This document shows, piece after piece, positions 1 through 12,324 of a stretch of 64,000 nucleotides of DNA. The DNA comes from Lama glama (taxonomy: Eukaryota): assembly GCA_028534125.1 (NCBI GenBank), contig CM052817.1, positions 34,412,001-34,476,000 of the forward strand, read 5' to 3'. How positions within the stretch are numbered: the stretch's first letter is position 1; each line of letters starts with the position of its first letter. Below the pieces are notes generated by a model that was not told where the DNA came from, did no database searches, and saw nothing but the letters and a program-made list of their open reading frames with translations. A program made the position numbers and the translations under genes.

Positions 1-1422
1 AAAATACACAGCAAGAAAGAGCAAAGTGTATGCTAGTCTTTATTTCAGAGCAGATTGAGTTTTACATCAAATATTTCATCTTCTTCCAATTTATAATCCA
101 ATCACTTCTAAATCCCCATTATTATTTTCATTGGTCTGTTCATGCACTGCAAGAAATTAACAATAACAGCAACCAAAAAAACCACCTGGAAAAAAAACCT
201 TCAGGATTGGGCCAAATCCATTCTGAACCACTTATGGCTATTTTTTATTCCTTGGATTATTCTAGGTCACATTGGTTAAAATTGCTATCATCTGCAAAAC
301 ATTTTAAATCCCTTAACTCAGAAGCACACTCGTCAAACTTGAATTTTAGTGAGTTATTTTACCGGACATTACCTTCCTCCTACGATGTCAACTCTAGCTC
401 AGGGAAACAGACTTCTTTTCTCCCCCAGAGGAAGGTGGGATGACCTCTGAAGCTGATGTAACTGCCACTAAGGAGCAGTGATAATGAACGCTCTATAAAT
501 ACTCTTTATGAAACTTGTAAGGACACAGAGTTTAGCAGCAAAGCAAGCTTCTGGATTATTCAATTATTTTAAATTTATTTGATAATCTATTTCTTTATGC
601 CTTGCTCCAGCAAGGAGTCAAAACTCATCCTTTTTTTTTTTAAGGTATGCTGCTTAAGAATTTTTATCTTCCAAGTGACAGATTTATTCATAGCTGTAGG
701 TAATGCTTTCCTCATTTTTCTGACGATCCTCCACTCCTGTGGCAGGTTAAGATCTTAGATCAAAAAAAATAGGAAATAGGATTCTCAACAGAATCCTTCT
801 CCAACTCCCCCTCCCCTCCACGATTTCCTAGGGACCTCTTTAAAGGAGTCCAGAAATCAAATTTAGAACCATCAGGCATAAGCACAAAAAGAAAAAAAAA
901 AAAAGAGGTTATTTAGTGTGTGGAAATTGGCTTTATCTCTCATGCATTTGCTTCTATTACTAAGGAATCCATGAGGCCCATCTTCTCTCCATCTGCCAAA
1001 AAGGGCTGACATCAGTTTGAGGCATTCATAGTTATCAAGGGGTGTGAGTGGAGGAGGGGTGCAGGGAGGCGGGGGACACGCAGACTTGCAGAGCCTGGCC
1101 ATGTCATAAGCATTCTTTCCAAAGGAAACCAGGCAAAAAGGCTGATAAACCCCAATCTCTTTTCACAGCTTGCTTTCGGAGCCCCTTAATGCAACTCCCT
1201 CATTTGTTCATCAGCACTTTATGAGAAAATAAACAAAAACATGGTCTGTTTCCTCACTGTCAGCACATCAGACCACTTCCTGCTCAGAGAGGCCACCTTC
1301 CCACCCTGAGTCAGGGGTCCACTCTATTTTGCCTCAACTTCTGAACAGCTCATTTTCTAAGCTGAATTCCAAGGACCTAATCAAATCCAAAACCCCCTCT
1401 GGATAGATCAGATGCCCCAGAT

Positions 1423-1458
1423 TCCAACACTCTACAGGACTCCAACACTCTACAGGAC
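1423..1458. repeat. Perfect 18-bp tandem duplication (tccaacactctacaggac)x2
   Basis: Two adjacent identical copies at 1423-1440 and 1441-1458. Confidence 0.95.
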
Positions 1459-2029
1459 AGGAGGAGCTCTAGAAGGACCAGTGGGTGAGCTACCCTGAAA
1501 CCACAGAGGTTGCTTCCTTTTTCGCCATTCGTATTTTCCTTTAAAAAAAAAAAAAAGTGGGCTGAGGAAAAGGAGACACACTTAAAATAATTAGCTTTTC
1601 ACCAAATCACCAGTTCTAAAAGGGACCGTAAATTCTATAACTGTTGTAACATTCTCAAATCAATTCAATCCTTCCATATTTTTCACTAAATCTGACTAGA
1701 AAAAAAAGCAAGCAGGCAAGAAAGGAAAGGAAGGGAAGGGGAGAATAGGGGAAGGGAGGGGAGGCAAAGTCATGGCAAATATAAGTGATGAAGGGTTATG
1801 ACTCCTATGTTTAAATTCCCAACTAGCTCAACGGTACCCTGAGACAGTCCTAGTGTTGGTATCTCCCTCTTGAAAAGACATGAGCATCTGAAGAGGAAAA
1901 GCATGTTCAGAGAGTCTAGCTGGAGGATGCAGCCAAGACTTTGGATGGATGCCGGCATGTGTCAGTGGCTTGGAGGTGTGGCGGGTGCCCACTGTGCCAA
2001 CTTTTAGGAGTCTGGCGTGTAAAATACAC

Positions 2030-2250
2030 AAATGGTACGGAGCTGCAGTTCGGGGCACAGGCTCCAAAGCCTAGTCTGTTGGGTTCACAGCGTAACCCCA
2101 TCATGTGCTATCTCTGAGCACTGAGATGAGTTCCTTAAACTCTCTAAGCCTCCACGTCTGCTTCACAGGGTGATTATGACAACTAAATTAGGCGGTGTGT
2201 GGAAAAAGCAGAGGCCTGAGCCATTGGGCTCAAGAAATGTTTACTGTTAA
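2030..2250 (+). mobile_element. MIR SINE (degenerate)
   Basis: MIR core-like gagttccttaaactctctaagcctc...agggtgattatga...gctcaagaaatgt. Confidence 0.6.
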
Positions 2251-2569
2251 ATATCAGATGACATTTGTGAATTCCAACATTTCTTGCACTGTGCAGATTA
2301 TAAGCATAATCCTAAGGGGCTGTTTTTCTCCTTAAAAAAAAAAAAGAAAATACAGACACAGTGGAAACTAACTGGAACACATTTGCTAAGCAGTAGAATT
2401 CAGTATAAGCTGCATCTATCTTAGAACCCATGCAATGGGGCTTTCATATTACAAAACAAAGACCTCGTTTAGAAACAAAGCGAACTCCTGGTGTGAGCCT
2501 GGGGCCCTAACATACTTTGGAAACAAAATCCTAGGGAAATAAGTGAACACTGCCATTGACTGTGTAATC

Positions 2570-2695
2570 ATATGATCTTGGACAAGGCACTTCACCTCTC
2601 TCCATGTTCTCATCTTAAAAAAAGAAAATGAGCTGGACAAAAGGTATCAAGGACTCCTGAGAGGTCTCATTTCACCCTAACGTTCTGTAATTCTG
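2570..2695 (+). mobile_element. MIR/MIR3 SINE fragment
   Basis: tgatcttggacaaggcacttcacctctc...ttctcatcttaaaa core and MIR3-like tail. Confidence 0.6.
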
Positions 2696-2839
2696 CTTAA
2701 TACCGTGTACTGTATGAAGCAGAATAAAACCAGATAATGAGAGGAACAGCCCCCAGGCTAGCACAGCCTAGGGCAGACAACTTAGCACTAATATCATTTA
2801 GACTCCCGTGAACATGCTGTTGTGGAAAGTCTTAGTCTT

Positions 2840-3170
2840 GTCTCCCCAGTTAGATTAAAAACTCTGAAGACAGAGATCGTCCATCATTCTTCGTAGTCCT
2901 CTTTGCCCTCTGCTCAGCATTTTCCACACGGGAGCCATCAGGAATGCGCATAAGTAGAGCCCAATTCCATAATCCACTCATGTTATGACGTCAGAGTCAT
3001 GCTGGGTACTTGTTGCTCAGTCACAGCAACTGAACCCAAAACAAGCATCACAAAGAAGAACCAGCCACATGACTCAGTAAATCATATTTCAACCCTTTCA
3101 TTTATGCCCGAATATTTATTTAACAGCTATGATGGACCAGGCACTGTGCTAGACGTTAGGGACACTCTCC
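2840..3170. mobile_element. Two L2 LINE 3' end fragments in opposite orientation
   Basis: ctccccagttagatt...(+) and aatatttatt...ccaggcactgtgctaga (-), both resembling the L2 3' terminus. Confidence 0.5.
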
Positions 3171-6100
3171 ATCCCCACCACAACACTGAAGGTTCTCACA
3201 CAGGCAACATGTAAGTCACAGATGTATACCAACGGAGCATAACTAGAAACTGAACTGGGTCAACACGTTTTTTTCTCCCAAACTATGCCTCCCCTTGGGG
3301 ATTAAGGGGTGTCCCAGTTCATTCCTAGAGATTCATCAGTATTTACCAAGTCAAAAAGTGTGGTGTTACTAAGTTTAAAGAAAAATAAGTACGCATTTAT
3401 ACGGCTTTGTATGGGCCTAAAACTTAGTGTTTATCAACAATATTTTGACCTTTCTGAAAGCAGAAATATTATACTGCAGACTGGTGACTCTTACTCCTAG
3501 AACTTAGCCTTCTGAACTTAGCATTTCCTGCTGCTGTGTTTCAGGTCTTAAGTACGTCAGCAAAATACTCTGAGGTCTGTAGATTATCTGTAAACCAACT
3601 GACAGGTATCCAATGCAGACCTTGCGAGGACATTTCTTCACCCCTATCGCTGCCCTCAGATGATGCTGTGAAAAGTAAAAGTTAATCAGATGCTGACCGG
3701 GTTCACGCTAGACCTGCACTGTGAATTCCTAAGGCTGAAAGGCCCTTTGCGATTTATCATTCCTCCTGCTTATCAGCCACGGAGTGACTCTCCTCCATTT
3801 AAGTAGCAGCCAGTTTCCCTCCTATGGCCCCGTCCCTGTTGCCAAGGTTCTCTAAATGCTAATCAGGAGATAGAGAACACTCTGATCTTGTAAAGTGCTC
3901 ACCCAGCAATTTGGCAACAACAGAGTGTAAACATCATGCCTGGATACCTGCATTTGTTGGTCAAGGATCAGTGCAGAAATGACCACCACAGAGGCTGTGT
4001 CTGCTGCCACAAAGAGAAACAGAATATTCAGATACCTTTCTAGAAGTTTCAGATACATTGAAATAATACTAGTAAAACCAATACACTTCTATCAATGGTT
4101 ATTTGTGGCAAGAAAAAAAGGAGAGGGGAATGAAATTTATAAAGCTCACAAACTTAAGGCTAATGTATAGAGACATAACCTGGTTCTATGAAAAATATTT
4201 GAGAAAGGAATATGTGAATGTTTCCAAACAATGTGAATAATGGCCTCTGGATGCTTAGCTAGCAAATAAGAGAATCAGCAATAGTCTGTTTGACAGTTGT
4301 TGTGGTTTCCTGGACAGAAAAATCAGCTTGGAATTGAGAAGTCTTTGTTTGATCCAGTAAATGTTTATTGAGAGCATCCCCAGATTCACCACAAATACAA
4401 TGAATGAACATTATAAACTCATACCTCCTCCCTAAAGTCTTCAGTGAAAGGATCCGGGTTGAATGGGGTTTTTTAAGGCTCTGAGTCATCGGCAGTCTTT
4501 ACAAGAAGTACACAAGATAATCAACCAATAGATTATTTCACTTGAAAGCTAAAAAAGAATTCTGTGTGATGACTTCTTTTAAAAATCACCTGCAAGTTTT
4601 AGATCTATCCAGAGTATCACAGAATCTCAGAGTCGGAAGCATGCTCAGTAACACTTGGCAAATATCCATCTATAAGTAAATCCACCTAGACAGAACAATT
4701 AATGCTCAGCATTAATCAAGCGGGGAATCATAAGGGGCCTGAAAGTGCACAGAAATCAAGATGAGATGGTTCCCAGAAGGAAACAACAAAGATAAGATGC
4801 TGAGCCAGGATTACAAAATCAAAGTTAACCTCAAAGCCAGCAGAGAAATATGTCCTCTAGGGAATGCCTGAAATTTCAATTCAGCATAACTTCCTCTGAA
4901 TTTTTATTCATTAATGTCAAGCCTGGTTTTAATATTAATTGCAGAGGGTCAAGTTCAGACCCAAAAAGCACAGGCGTGCAAGTAGATACAACCTGATGTG
5001 TTTATCTTTTCAGCGCACACTTTCTGCTGCAGGCGTGTGCCAGATGTAGCGGCAGCTGTAGGAAGTTGTTTATCTACCCTCTTGACCTCTGTGAAGTGTT
5101 AGGAGATGGTAAATATCATGTTTTTAAATTATAGGCGTCTTCTTTCAAACCAGTATCTTCTTAGCATCAGTCAAAACACATCAATAAAGGCAGAAGAAGG
5201 TCAAGAAGATCTGATTGTGTCCCAATGATATCTGTAAAAACATACTTCTGCAGTGAGGGCTCTTGCTTATTTCCAAATTCACTTCATTCACTCAACATTC
5301 AGTAAATATTTATTGCACTCCTACTATGTGCAAGGCACAATTCAAAAACTGCAAATCAAATGAATTCTAACACCTGTGATATCTGTGTCTTGCCTGGTTT
5401 GTTGCAAACGTCATCTGTACTTGGCAAATTTACCCCTTAAATTTTTCAAAATCTATTGACATTCCAAGGGTGAATGATGGTTCCAAATCTTTACGTGTAC
5501 TTATTAAGAAAACATCATTTGGGGGTTCATAGCCTAACGTAAAGATTTCAGAGGCAAATGCCACATTCTTCTTATAGAGAAGAGAGCTCTGGCCAAGCTT
5601 CAGGGCCACACAGCTTCTGTACTGATGGGTCACCACTCAGGTCTGGAGGGATTACGCTAAATGCAAGTGGGATTGATCTATCAAGCTAATCACTCACTAG
5701 TAATAATAACAATGTCATTAGCTAAGTTTCCAAAACAACCTAGTTCCTGCTTGAAAGTCAATCCCTCAGAAGCATGCAAGGACTTAACTTTTGTTATGAC
5801 ATTTAAGTCAAGTCACAGAAGTTCCTTTGGTCTTTCTCTGTCAACGTCAACGTCCTTTCAGGAAACCAGCATGGTGATATCAAAAAATAAAGGGAAACAA
5901 ATCAGAGTCTCCAAAGAGAAAGACACTAAAGATAATTATTTTTAAGAAATCCAGTTAGTTCCTCACTTTGATCAAGGAATAACTAGAAAATACTCTATTG
6001 CTATCCCCCAAAAGGTCAGTTTGAAACCAAAATCAAAATGTATTCTCATACATCTTCGAATCATGTTTATTGATTTGCCAAAATTCTCCTAACCTGATAC

Positions 6101-6276
6101 GATATACATAAACTTGGATATTCACATTAAACTATATTTAGACATATTTAGACATATTTAATATGTGCATATAATTCAAGTATATAGTCACTGATGAATT
6201 CTTTGGGACTCTAAATGAGAGAGCTGACACAAAAATTTATTTCTCCTTGAGATGTGTGTACATTCCTGTGTGCACA

Positions 6277-6280
<4 letters not shown>

Positions 6281-6313
<33 letters not shown>

Positions 6314-6316
6314 GTG
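6281..6316. repeat. (TG)n microsatellite
   Basis: (TG)14 then CG(TG)3. Confidence 0.97.
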
Positions 6317-7089
6317 CTGGCAAGGACTGACAGATATGAGCCTTCCTTCAAGGAGCTCTTCATCTAGTAGTTGCACTTTAGAGCTGACTCACTTGACATG
6401 ACTTTCTCTGGTAACCTCTGTTTATACAGGAAAAGGCCATTCATTCCTAGAGCAGTGATATGGCATAAGATGTTGAATTTTCAGCTTCTGCAACTGGCTG
6501 TCTTGTTTTCCATTCAACATGTAACCTGAAATTAGCCTTGTACTTTTTCTGCCTCAACTTGCTATCATATCAACTTGCCTTAGAGAGATGACCGATGTCT
6601 TTCAAAACAACAATTTTCAAGCGTTCTGTTGCAACAACAACCTGTTGGACTGGTTTTCCACTTGTGCACTTTGTGGAGACTTAGTCTGAGGGAATGACTG
6701 TGGTAGGACTAAAAGAAACATGAAAAAATACTCTGAAAATACTTTCAGATGCCAAAGAATGAGACAATCATCCAATCATTCAATAAATATGACCTAGATA
6801 TCTACTTGTTGTTAGCTGTTGCGACAGAAAATTGCTTCCAAATGTCCTCCTCACTCACTTTAGAGTCACAGTGAATCATGATGACCAAATCTTGGCCATG
6901 GTCTTAGGAAAACAGCCTAAATCTCTGCCCTGAGAAATTTCTGCTAGGATTTCTATGAGTGTGTTGATAGGGAAAATGTTGAGTGTTACCGAAGGTAAAA
7001 ATATGTGTATTACTGGAGTGATATATGGACTTTTCATTTGGTGCGATGTACATAACTATGGTGTGATTTTAGAAAAAAGCGAATGGTCA

Positions 7090-8135
7090 CTATGACAACA
7101 AAAGCACAGACAATAAAAGAAAACATTGATAAACTGGACTACATCAAAAGTTCAACCATCTATGCCAAAAGACACAATCAACAGTGGTAAGTCAAGCCGT
7201 AGAACGGAAGAAAATATTTACAAACCACAGATCTGATAAGAGATGAATATCTAGCATATATAACTAAATCTTACAACTCAATAACAAAAAACAAACATCC
7301 TGATTTTAAAACGGGCAAAGGGTTTTAGACATTCCTCCAAAGAAGATGTACAAATGGCCAAGAAGCATACGAAAAGATGCTCAGTCTCACTAATCATGAG
7401 AGAAGCACAAATGAAAACCACCCTGAGATACCACTTCATACCCATTAGGATATCTACTACCACATAAACAGAAAATAACAAGTTTTGAAAAAGATGTGGA
7501 GAAACTAGAATCTTAGTGCACTGTTGGTGGAAAGGTAAAGTGGTTCATCCACTATGGAAAAGAGTAAGGTGGTTTTTCAAAAAAATTAAAAACAGAACCA
7601 CCATACGATCCAGCAATTCTACTTATGGGTATATATCCAAAAGAATTGAGAGCAAGCTTCAAAGCAATATTTACATACCCACAGTCATAGCAGCATTATA
7701 AACAACAGCGAAAAGGTAGAAGAAGTAATACAAATGGAAGAATGGATAAATAAAATGTGGTATATACATACAATAGAATTTAGACTTAAAAAAGGAAGGA
7801 AATTCTGACACATGCTGTAATAGGGATGAATGTTGGGGACATTATGCCAAGTGAAATACACCAATCACAAAAGACAAATACTGTATGATTTTACTTTTAT
7901 GAGGTATCTAAATTAGTCAAAGTCATAAAGACAGAAAGTAGAATGGTGGTTTCCAGGAGCTAGGGGGAGAGGGAAATAGGAAGTTGTTTAATAGGTACAG
8001 TTTTGCAAGATTAAGAGAGTTCTGGAGATCTTTTTCAAAATAATATGAATATATTTAACATGATTGAACTGTACACTTAAAAATGGTTAAGATGGTAAAT
8101 TTTATGTTACATGTATTTTACCACAATTAAAAATA
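7090..8135 (+). mobile_element. 5'-truncated LINE-1 (L1MB-like): ORF2 C-terminal remnant plus 3' UTR
   Basis: Degenerate ORF2p C-terminal motif (HCWWKGKVVHPLWK in ORF 7516..7701); 3' end tgtacacttaaaaatggttaagatggtaaattttatgtt...accacaattaaaaa followed by an (AAT)n-like tail. Confidence 0.9.
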
Positions 8136-8384
8136 GTAATAATAACAATAATAATAATAGTAAATGAATGATCTCAATACAATTTTAGGAAGTTTACTTC
8201 TTTAAATACTGTTCTCAATGTTTTAAAAAATCTACTATCTATCAGTTGGAGTCAACAAACAGCCATCAGCCCAAAGGGAACATGGAATCTAAAATCTAAG
8301 ACAAAGTCAGCAAGCACCTCTCCTCACAATTGGTAGTAGTAAAAATAACATACAACAGAAGGGATTTGGGCACAGTTGGTAATT

Positions 8385-8873
8385 AAATTAGTTATGGTTC
8401 ACCAGAGAGAGAAAACCAATAGGCTATATAGAGGGAGATTTATTTTACAAAGTTGGCTCATAATTGGCTCATAGCTGTGGAGCTGGTATTCTGAAATCTG
8501 TAGGGCAGGCTACAGGCAGGAAATTCTGGCAAGAGTTGATGTTGCAGTCTTGAGTCCAAAAGTCCAAAAGAAACTCTGCCTGAGTTTCTATGTTGCAGTC
8601 TGGAAGCAGAATTCCTTCCTCTTTAGGGGATCTCCATCCCTTCAATTGATTAGATGAGGCCCACCACATTATGGAGGATAATCTGCTTTACTTAAAGTCT
8701 ACTGATATAAAACTATTAATCTCTTTTAAATAAGAATAATCTCATTTAATGAGCTAAAATTTAATGTTAATCTCATCTAAAAAATACCTTAACAGCAACT
8801 ACTAGACTGGAAGTAGACCAGACAACTGGTAACTGTAACCTAGCTAAACTGACAAATAAAATTAACCATCACA
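8385..8873 (-). mobile_element. MLT2-type (ERVL) solo LTR
   Basis: Ends in aattaaccatcaca (reverse complement of the MLT2 start tgtgatggttaatt); internal gatgaggcccaccacattatggagg...ctgctttactt. Confidence 0.85.
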
Positions 8874-9469
8874 GTTATGACACAGATTTTCTTTTAAACA
8901 AGAACATCTGTATTTGTAAGTGAATTTATAATTCCAAATAATCACCTTGGGAAGTTATACACTTATTCTGTTAATGCTTTCTTTGTCCTCTTTTGAATAG
9001 TCTCTGTCTGTACCAGGCATAGAGCCAGACCCAAAGCAAAAAAGAAAATCAATCTTTTTGTTTATAGTAACTTATAAAAATAGCCAACATGCCACTATTC
9101 TGTTTATTTAATTAATTCATTAAGATAACTTTTCTCCAAAGATTTAAAAGTCAAACTTACTTTCAAAGTTGAATATTTACCACCTTTGAGAATTTTTAAA
9201 AGCATGTGTCACTAGAAACCATTGCACACATGGCATTTCAAAAACTGATCCAAATATCAGCATCACTGGATTTAGTGTAACACTCTCAAAGTGTTATACT
9301 CTCCAAAGGCTATCCTCACTCTTCCAGATGTATAAGCTCTGGTCATTCACAGTTAAACCTTTTAGCTAAACTGTTACTCTGAAATTGTAATATTGGAAAT
9401 TGTGACACGAAGTAATATCATAATAACAAATATAAAAGATCTCAATCACCTTGTTCATGAGAGGGAAAA

Positions 9470-10000
9470 CTACCTATAGGAATTTGATTAAATAAATTAT
9501 AGCACTAATTTAAACTGGATAGAATACTGTGTGGCTGTCTATAATGCCATAGGCAGGGACAGGAAATGCATAGATAATATTCAGGCAGAGAAACTCCTAA
9601 AATTTGTATGCAACTTTTGTATGCATGTTCACTTTTCTAGGGTAAGACAGCCTAACTTTCATACAAAGTGTTAAAACCCAAAAAAAGTTTGGAAACACTG
9701 TAGCAGAAGAATATTTAATGCAATGAAAAATGTACGAGTTATACTGCTAAGTGAAAAAGCAAAATATTAAAGATCTTGTATAGTGTGCTGTACTTAAAAT
9801 ATTTTTATGTATGCTTAGTAAATAATAATGATAAAACATATACACCAAAATGTTGGTAGGAGTCATCTCTGAATCGTGGGATTATGTATGAATAATTTTT
9901 TTAGTGTTGTCTTATTTTGTTTTGCTTTTGGTTTGTCTGTATTTTCTCAATTTTCTACAATGATATGTATTGCTTTTACAAAGAAGAAAAAAATAAAAAT
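9470..10000 (+). mobile_element. Ancient L1ME-type 3' UTR fragments, possibly interrupted by a small hAT element
   Basis: ctgctaagtgaaaaagcaa...tacaccaaaatgtt...gggattatg...ttttctacaatga...aaaaaataaaa. Confidence 0.6.
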
Positions 10001-10669
10001 TTAAATTGGAAATGGGAAGTTGGAGGATGATGTATCAGTGTGTCATCAACACAGTTCAGACTATGTGAGTTCTGATCCTAGTCGACTGATCCCTATTTGA
10101 TATTAACAGTAGGGGTAATAAAGTAGCAATCATAGTGATAAAAATACAATAATCATAAAGTACTTTATAACAACCTAGGCAGATGATCCCCGTTAATTGA
10201 CTGGACCTGGTATGTGTCTCATTATAAATCAATTAGCTGGAATTTGGGTTTATAAATTAGTTTCATGTGAATTTAGTTGACACGAATCAATCCCCCTTGG
10301 TCAGTTCACTCATGGGTGCAAAGTAAATCAAATTTCTGAACTTGTAAAATTAAAATATCCATATGGTTGCACTTGTGATTCTCTTATCATGACCCCTCAA
10401 GTCTGACAAAGACATAAGATAGTTACATAAAATAACGACATTCTCTTCTCAAAAAAATTAAATTCATAAATAGATTATCTCCATTTTTAAAATGTGTATC
10501 TCTTTATAATTTTTTCTTAAAATGTTGGTATTGATTATCACCTATGTGATAACAAATAATAGCAGCTAGCAAAATAAATGATAAAAGAACAAATAAATAT
10601 TAATAAATAATACTTAGTTCAACAGCTCACTGTTATTTTTTCACAGACAATAGTGTTTTAGGTCCTGCA

Positions 10670-11108
10670 TCATTTTGGGCCCTCCAGGAAATAGAACTTC
10701 CAGGAAATAGAATTAGAAACACAAGAGATTTAGTAGGGGAAATGCTGATGAAGGACAAAGGGGAGTGGGGACAAGAGCAGCACAGGAGTGACCTCAGACC
10801 ATGTTTTTAGAGAGGGAGGGAAGGAAGACTTGGCACAAGAGCCTCAGATCACAGTGACCTCTGTGAAGGTCTCAGCCGACTTATGGGGAGCTGCACAGAG
10901 ACGACTGCCTACTGAAAAGGTTCGTGTTGAACAAAAATGGCCCAGCTTCAGTACCTCCATCACGCCCAGTTATCAGCCGGGGAGAGCAGGACCTCGGTGT
11001 GAAGGCCAGAGCAGGCCCGAGAGGTACAGCAGCTGCCAGCTCACCCTCTCCCGCAGCAGGCTCTCTCCTGAAGGGAGCGTTGAGCGGCGTACTTGGGTGG
11101 TTGCCACA
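10670..11108 (-). mobile_element. LTR33-type (ERVL) solo LTR
   Basis: gggccctccaggaa...caagagattta...gaaggacaaagggga...ctcagaccatg...ctgaagggagcgttgagcggc...gttgccaca follows the reverse of the LTR33 family; internal 16-bp near-tandem duplication at 10681-10712. Confidence 0.75.
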
Positions 11109-11299
11109 GGTTGATTTTTTAATTTCATACATGTAGTTTACTTTCTGTTACTAAAATTGTTCTTCGTTCTCGTGTTGGAATTAAATACACCATACTAACC
11201 CCATGTCCCCAGAAGAGCATAATATTCCTAACTGCAGTCTACAGTGATTATGATCTTGAGGTGTGGTACCACCTTAACAACTTTGAGACCCACTTCCTA

Positions 11300-11730
11300 T
11301 TTGAAGTCGGAAGGTTTGGACACAAATCATAGCATCATCACTTTCTACCTACATTGTCTTGAGCAAGACACCAGACCTTACTGAACCTAGTTCCTTATCT
11401 CTAAAATAGGGATATCAATGCCTTAATCCAGAGGATTGTTTTAATGGTTAAATACGATAACATATGTGAACCCTCCTGGCATACAAAAAGTGCTCAATAA
11501 ATGTTTGTTTTTAGAATGGAAAACAACAATCCTAACAGGTACTATTGCATATAGCTTGTCAGCATCACCTTACCTTTCCTGGACAAGTTACCTAACTCTA
11601 TAAGCCTCAGTTTCCTCATCCATAAAGTAGAATAATAGCTCTCCCTATGGCACTGAGTTACTGAAGTGATTAGATGAGATATCGCAACACCTGACACACA
11701 GGAAGACCTTAGCAAATGTCACCGATTAGG
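11300..11730 (+). mobile_element. Two adjacent MIR SINE fragments
   Basis: ttccttatctctaaaatagggata...cctggcataca...gtgctcaataaatg; ggacaagttacctaactctataagcctcagtttcctcatccataaa. Confidence 0.75.
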
Positions 11731-11889
11731 ATTATTTACTATAAGCACATTAGTTCATTATAATTTTGAAGTTCAGAGAAATTAGATTTATTATATTGTA
11801 ACTATATGACAATCTTAGTTTCATAGGAACTAACAGTATCTCCATTGTTATTCTCAGACTTGACATCTCCTTTGAGTTAAGTGCACACA

Positions 11890-12057
11890 AACACCTCTAG
11901 GGTCGCAGGTTTCACAGACTGGTTGAATACAGAGATTGGAGGGCTGACTATAGTCACTGTACGATGCCATTTTCTATAAGGGCCTAGAGCATCCGAGGAT
12001 TTTGGTTTCCATGGAAATCCTGTAACCAGTCCCCTGCAGATATCAAGGGACACTGTA
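11890..12057 (+). mobile_element. MER2/Tigger-family DNA transposon fragment
   Basis: Terminal gagcatccgaggattttggtttccatgg...accagtcccctgcagatatcaagggacactg-TA. Confidence 0.7.
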
Positions 12058-12172
12058 CTTGCCAAAGATGACCCAGTACCGTATGATAATAACTAGACAC
12101 AGGTAACAAGCAGCTTTACTTTCTTGACCATCGCTTTTCAGATCTGCTCCTCTGACAGAAAGACATGCTTGG

Positions 12173-12324
12173 GTGGGGAGGGTATATCTCAGTGGTAGAG
12201 CATGTGCTTAGCATGCACAAGGTCCTGAGTTCAATCCCTAATATTTCTGTTTAAATAAATAAATAAACCTAATTACCTGCCCCCCCCCACTAAAAAGCAC
12301 TAACAGAAAAGTGTTTTAAAAAAA
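12173..12324 (+). mobile_element. tRNA-Ala-derived SINE (camelid Vic-1-like)
   Basis: ggggagggtatatctcagtggtagagcatgtgcttagcatgcacaaggtcctgagttcaatccc resembles tRNA-Ala(AGC) with A/B boxes; tail aaataaataaacctaattacct-Cn-An; TSD aaagacatgcttgg (12159-12172) / aaagacgtgtttgg (12325-12338). Confidence 0.9.

Noticed and set aside
30..443. 137-aa plus-strand ORF
   Set aside because: No recognisable domain, composition typical of AT-rich non-coding DNA, and no supporting splice or promoter context
372..468. Exon-like segment on the minus strand (ccttag ... gaag|gtaatg)
   Set aside because: Stop codons in all three frames and no other support
12176..12250. Possible tRNA-Ala gene
   Set aside because: The acceptor stem 3' side is degenerate, and it has a SINE tail and TSDs, so it is a SINE head
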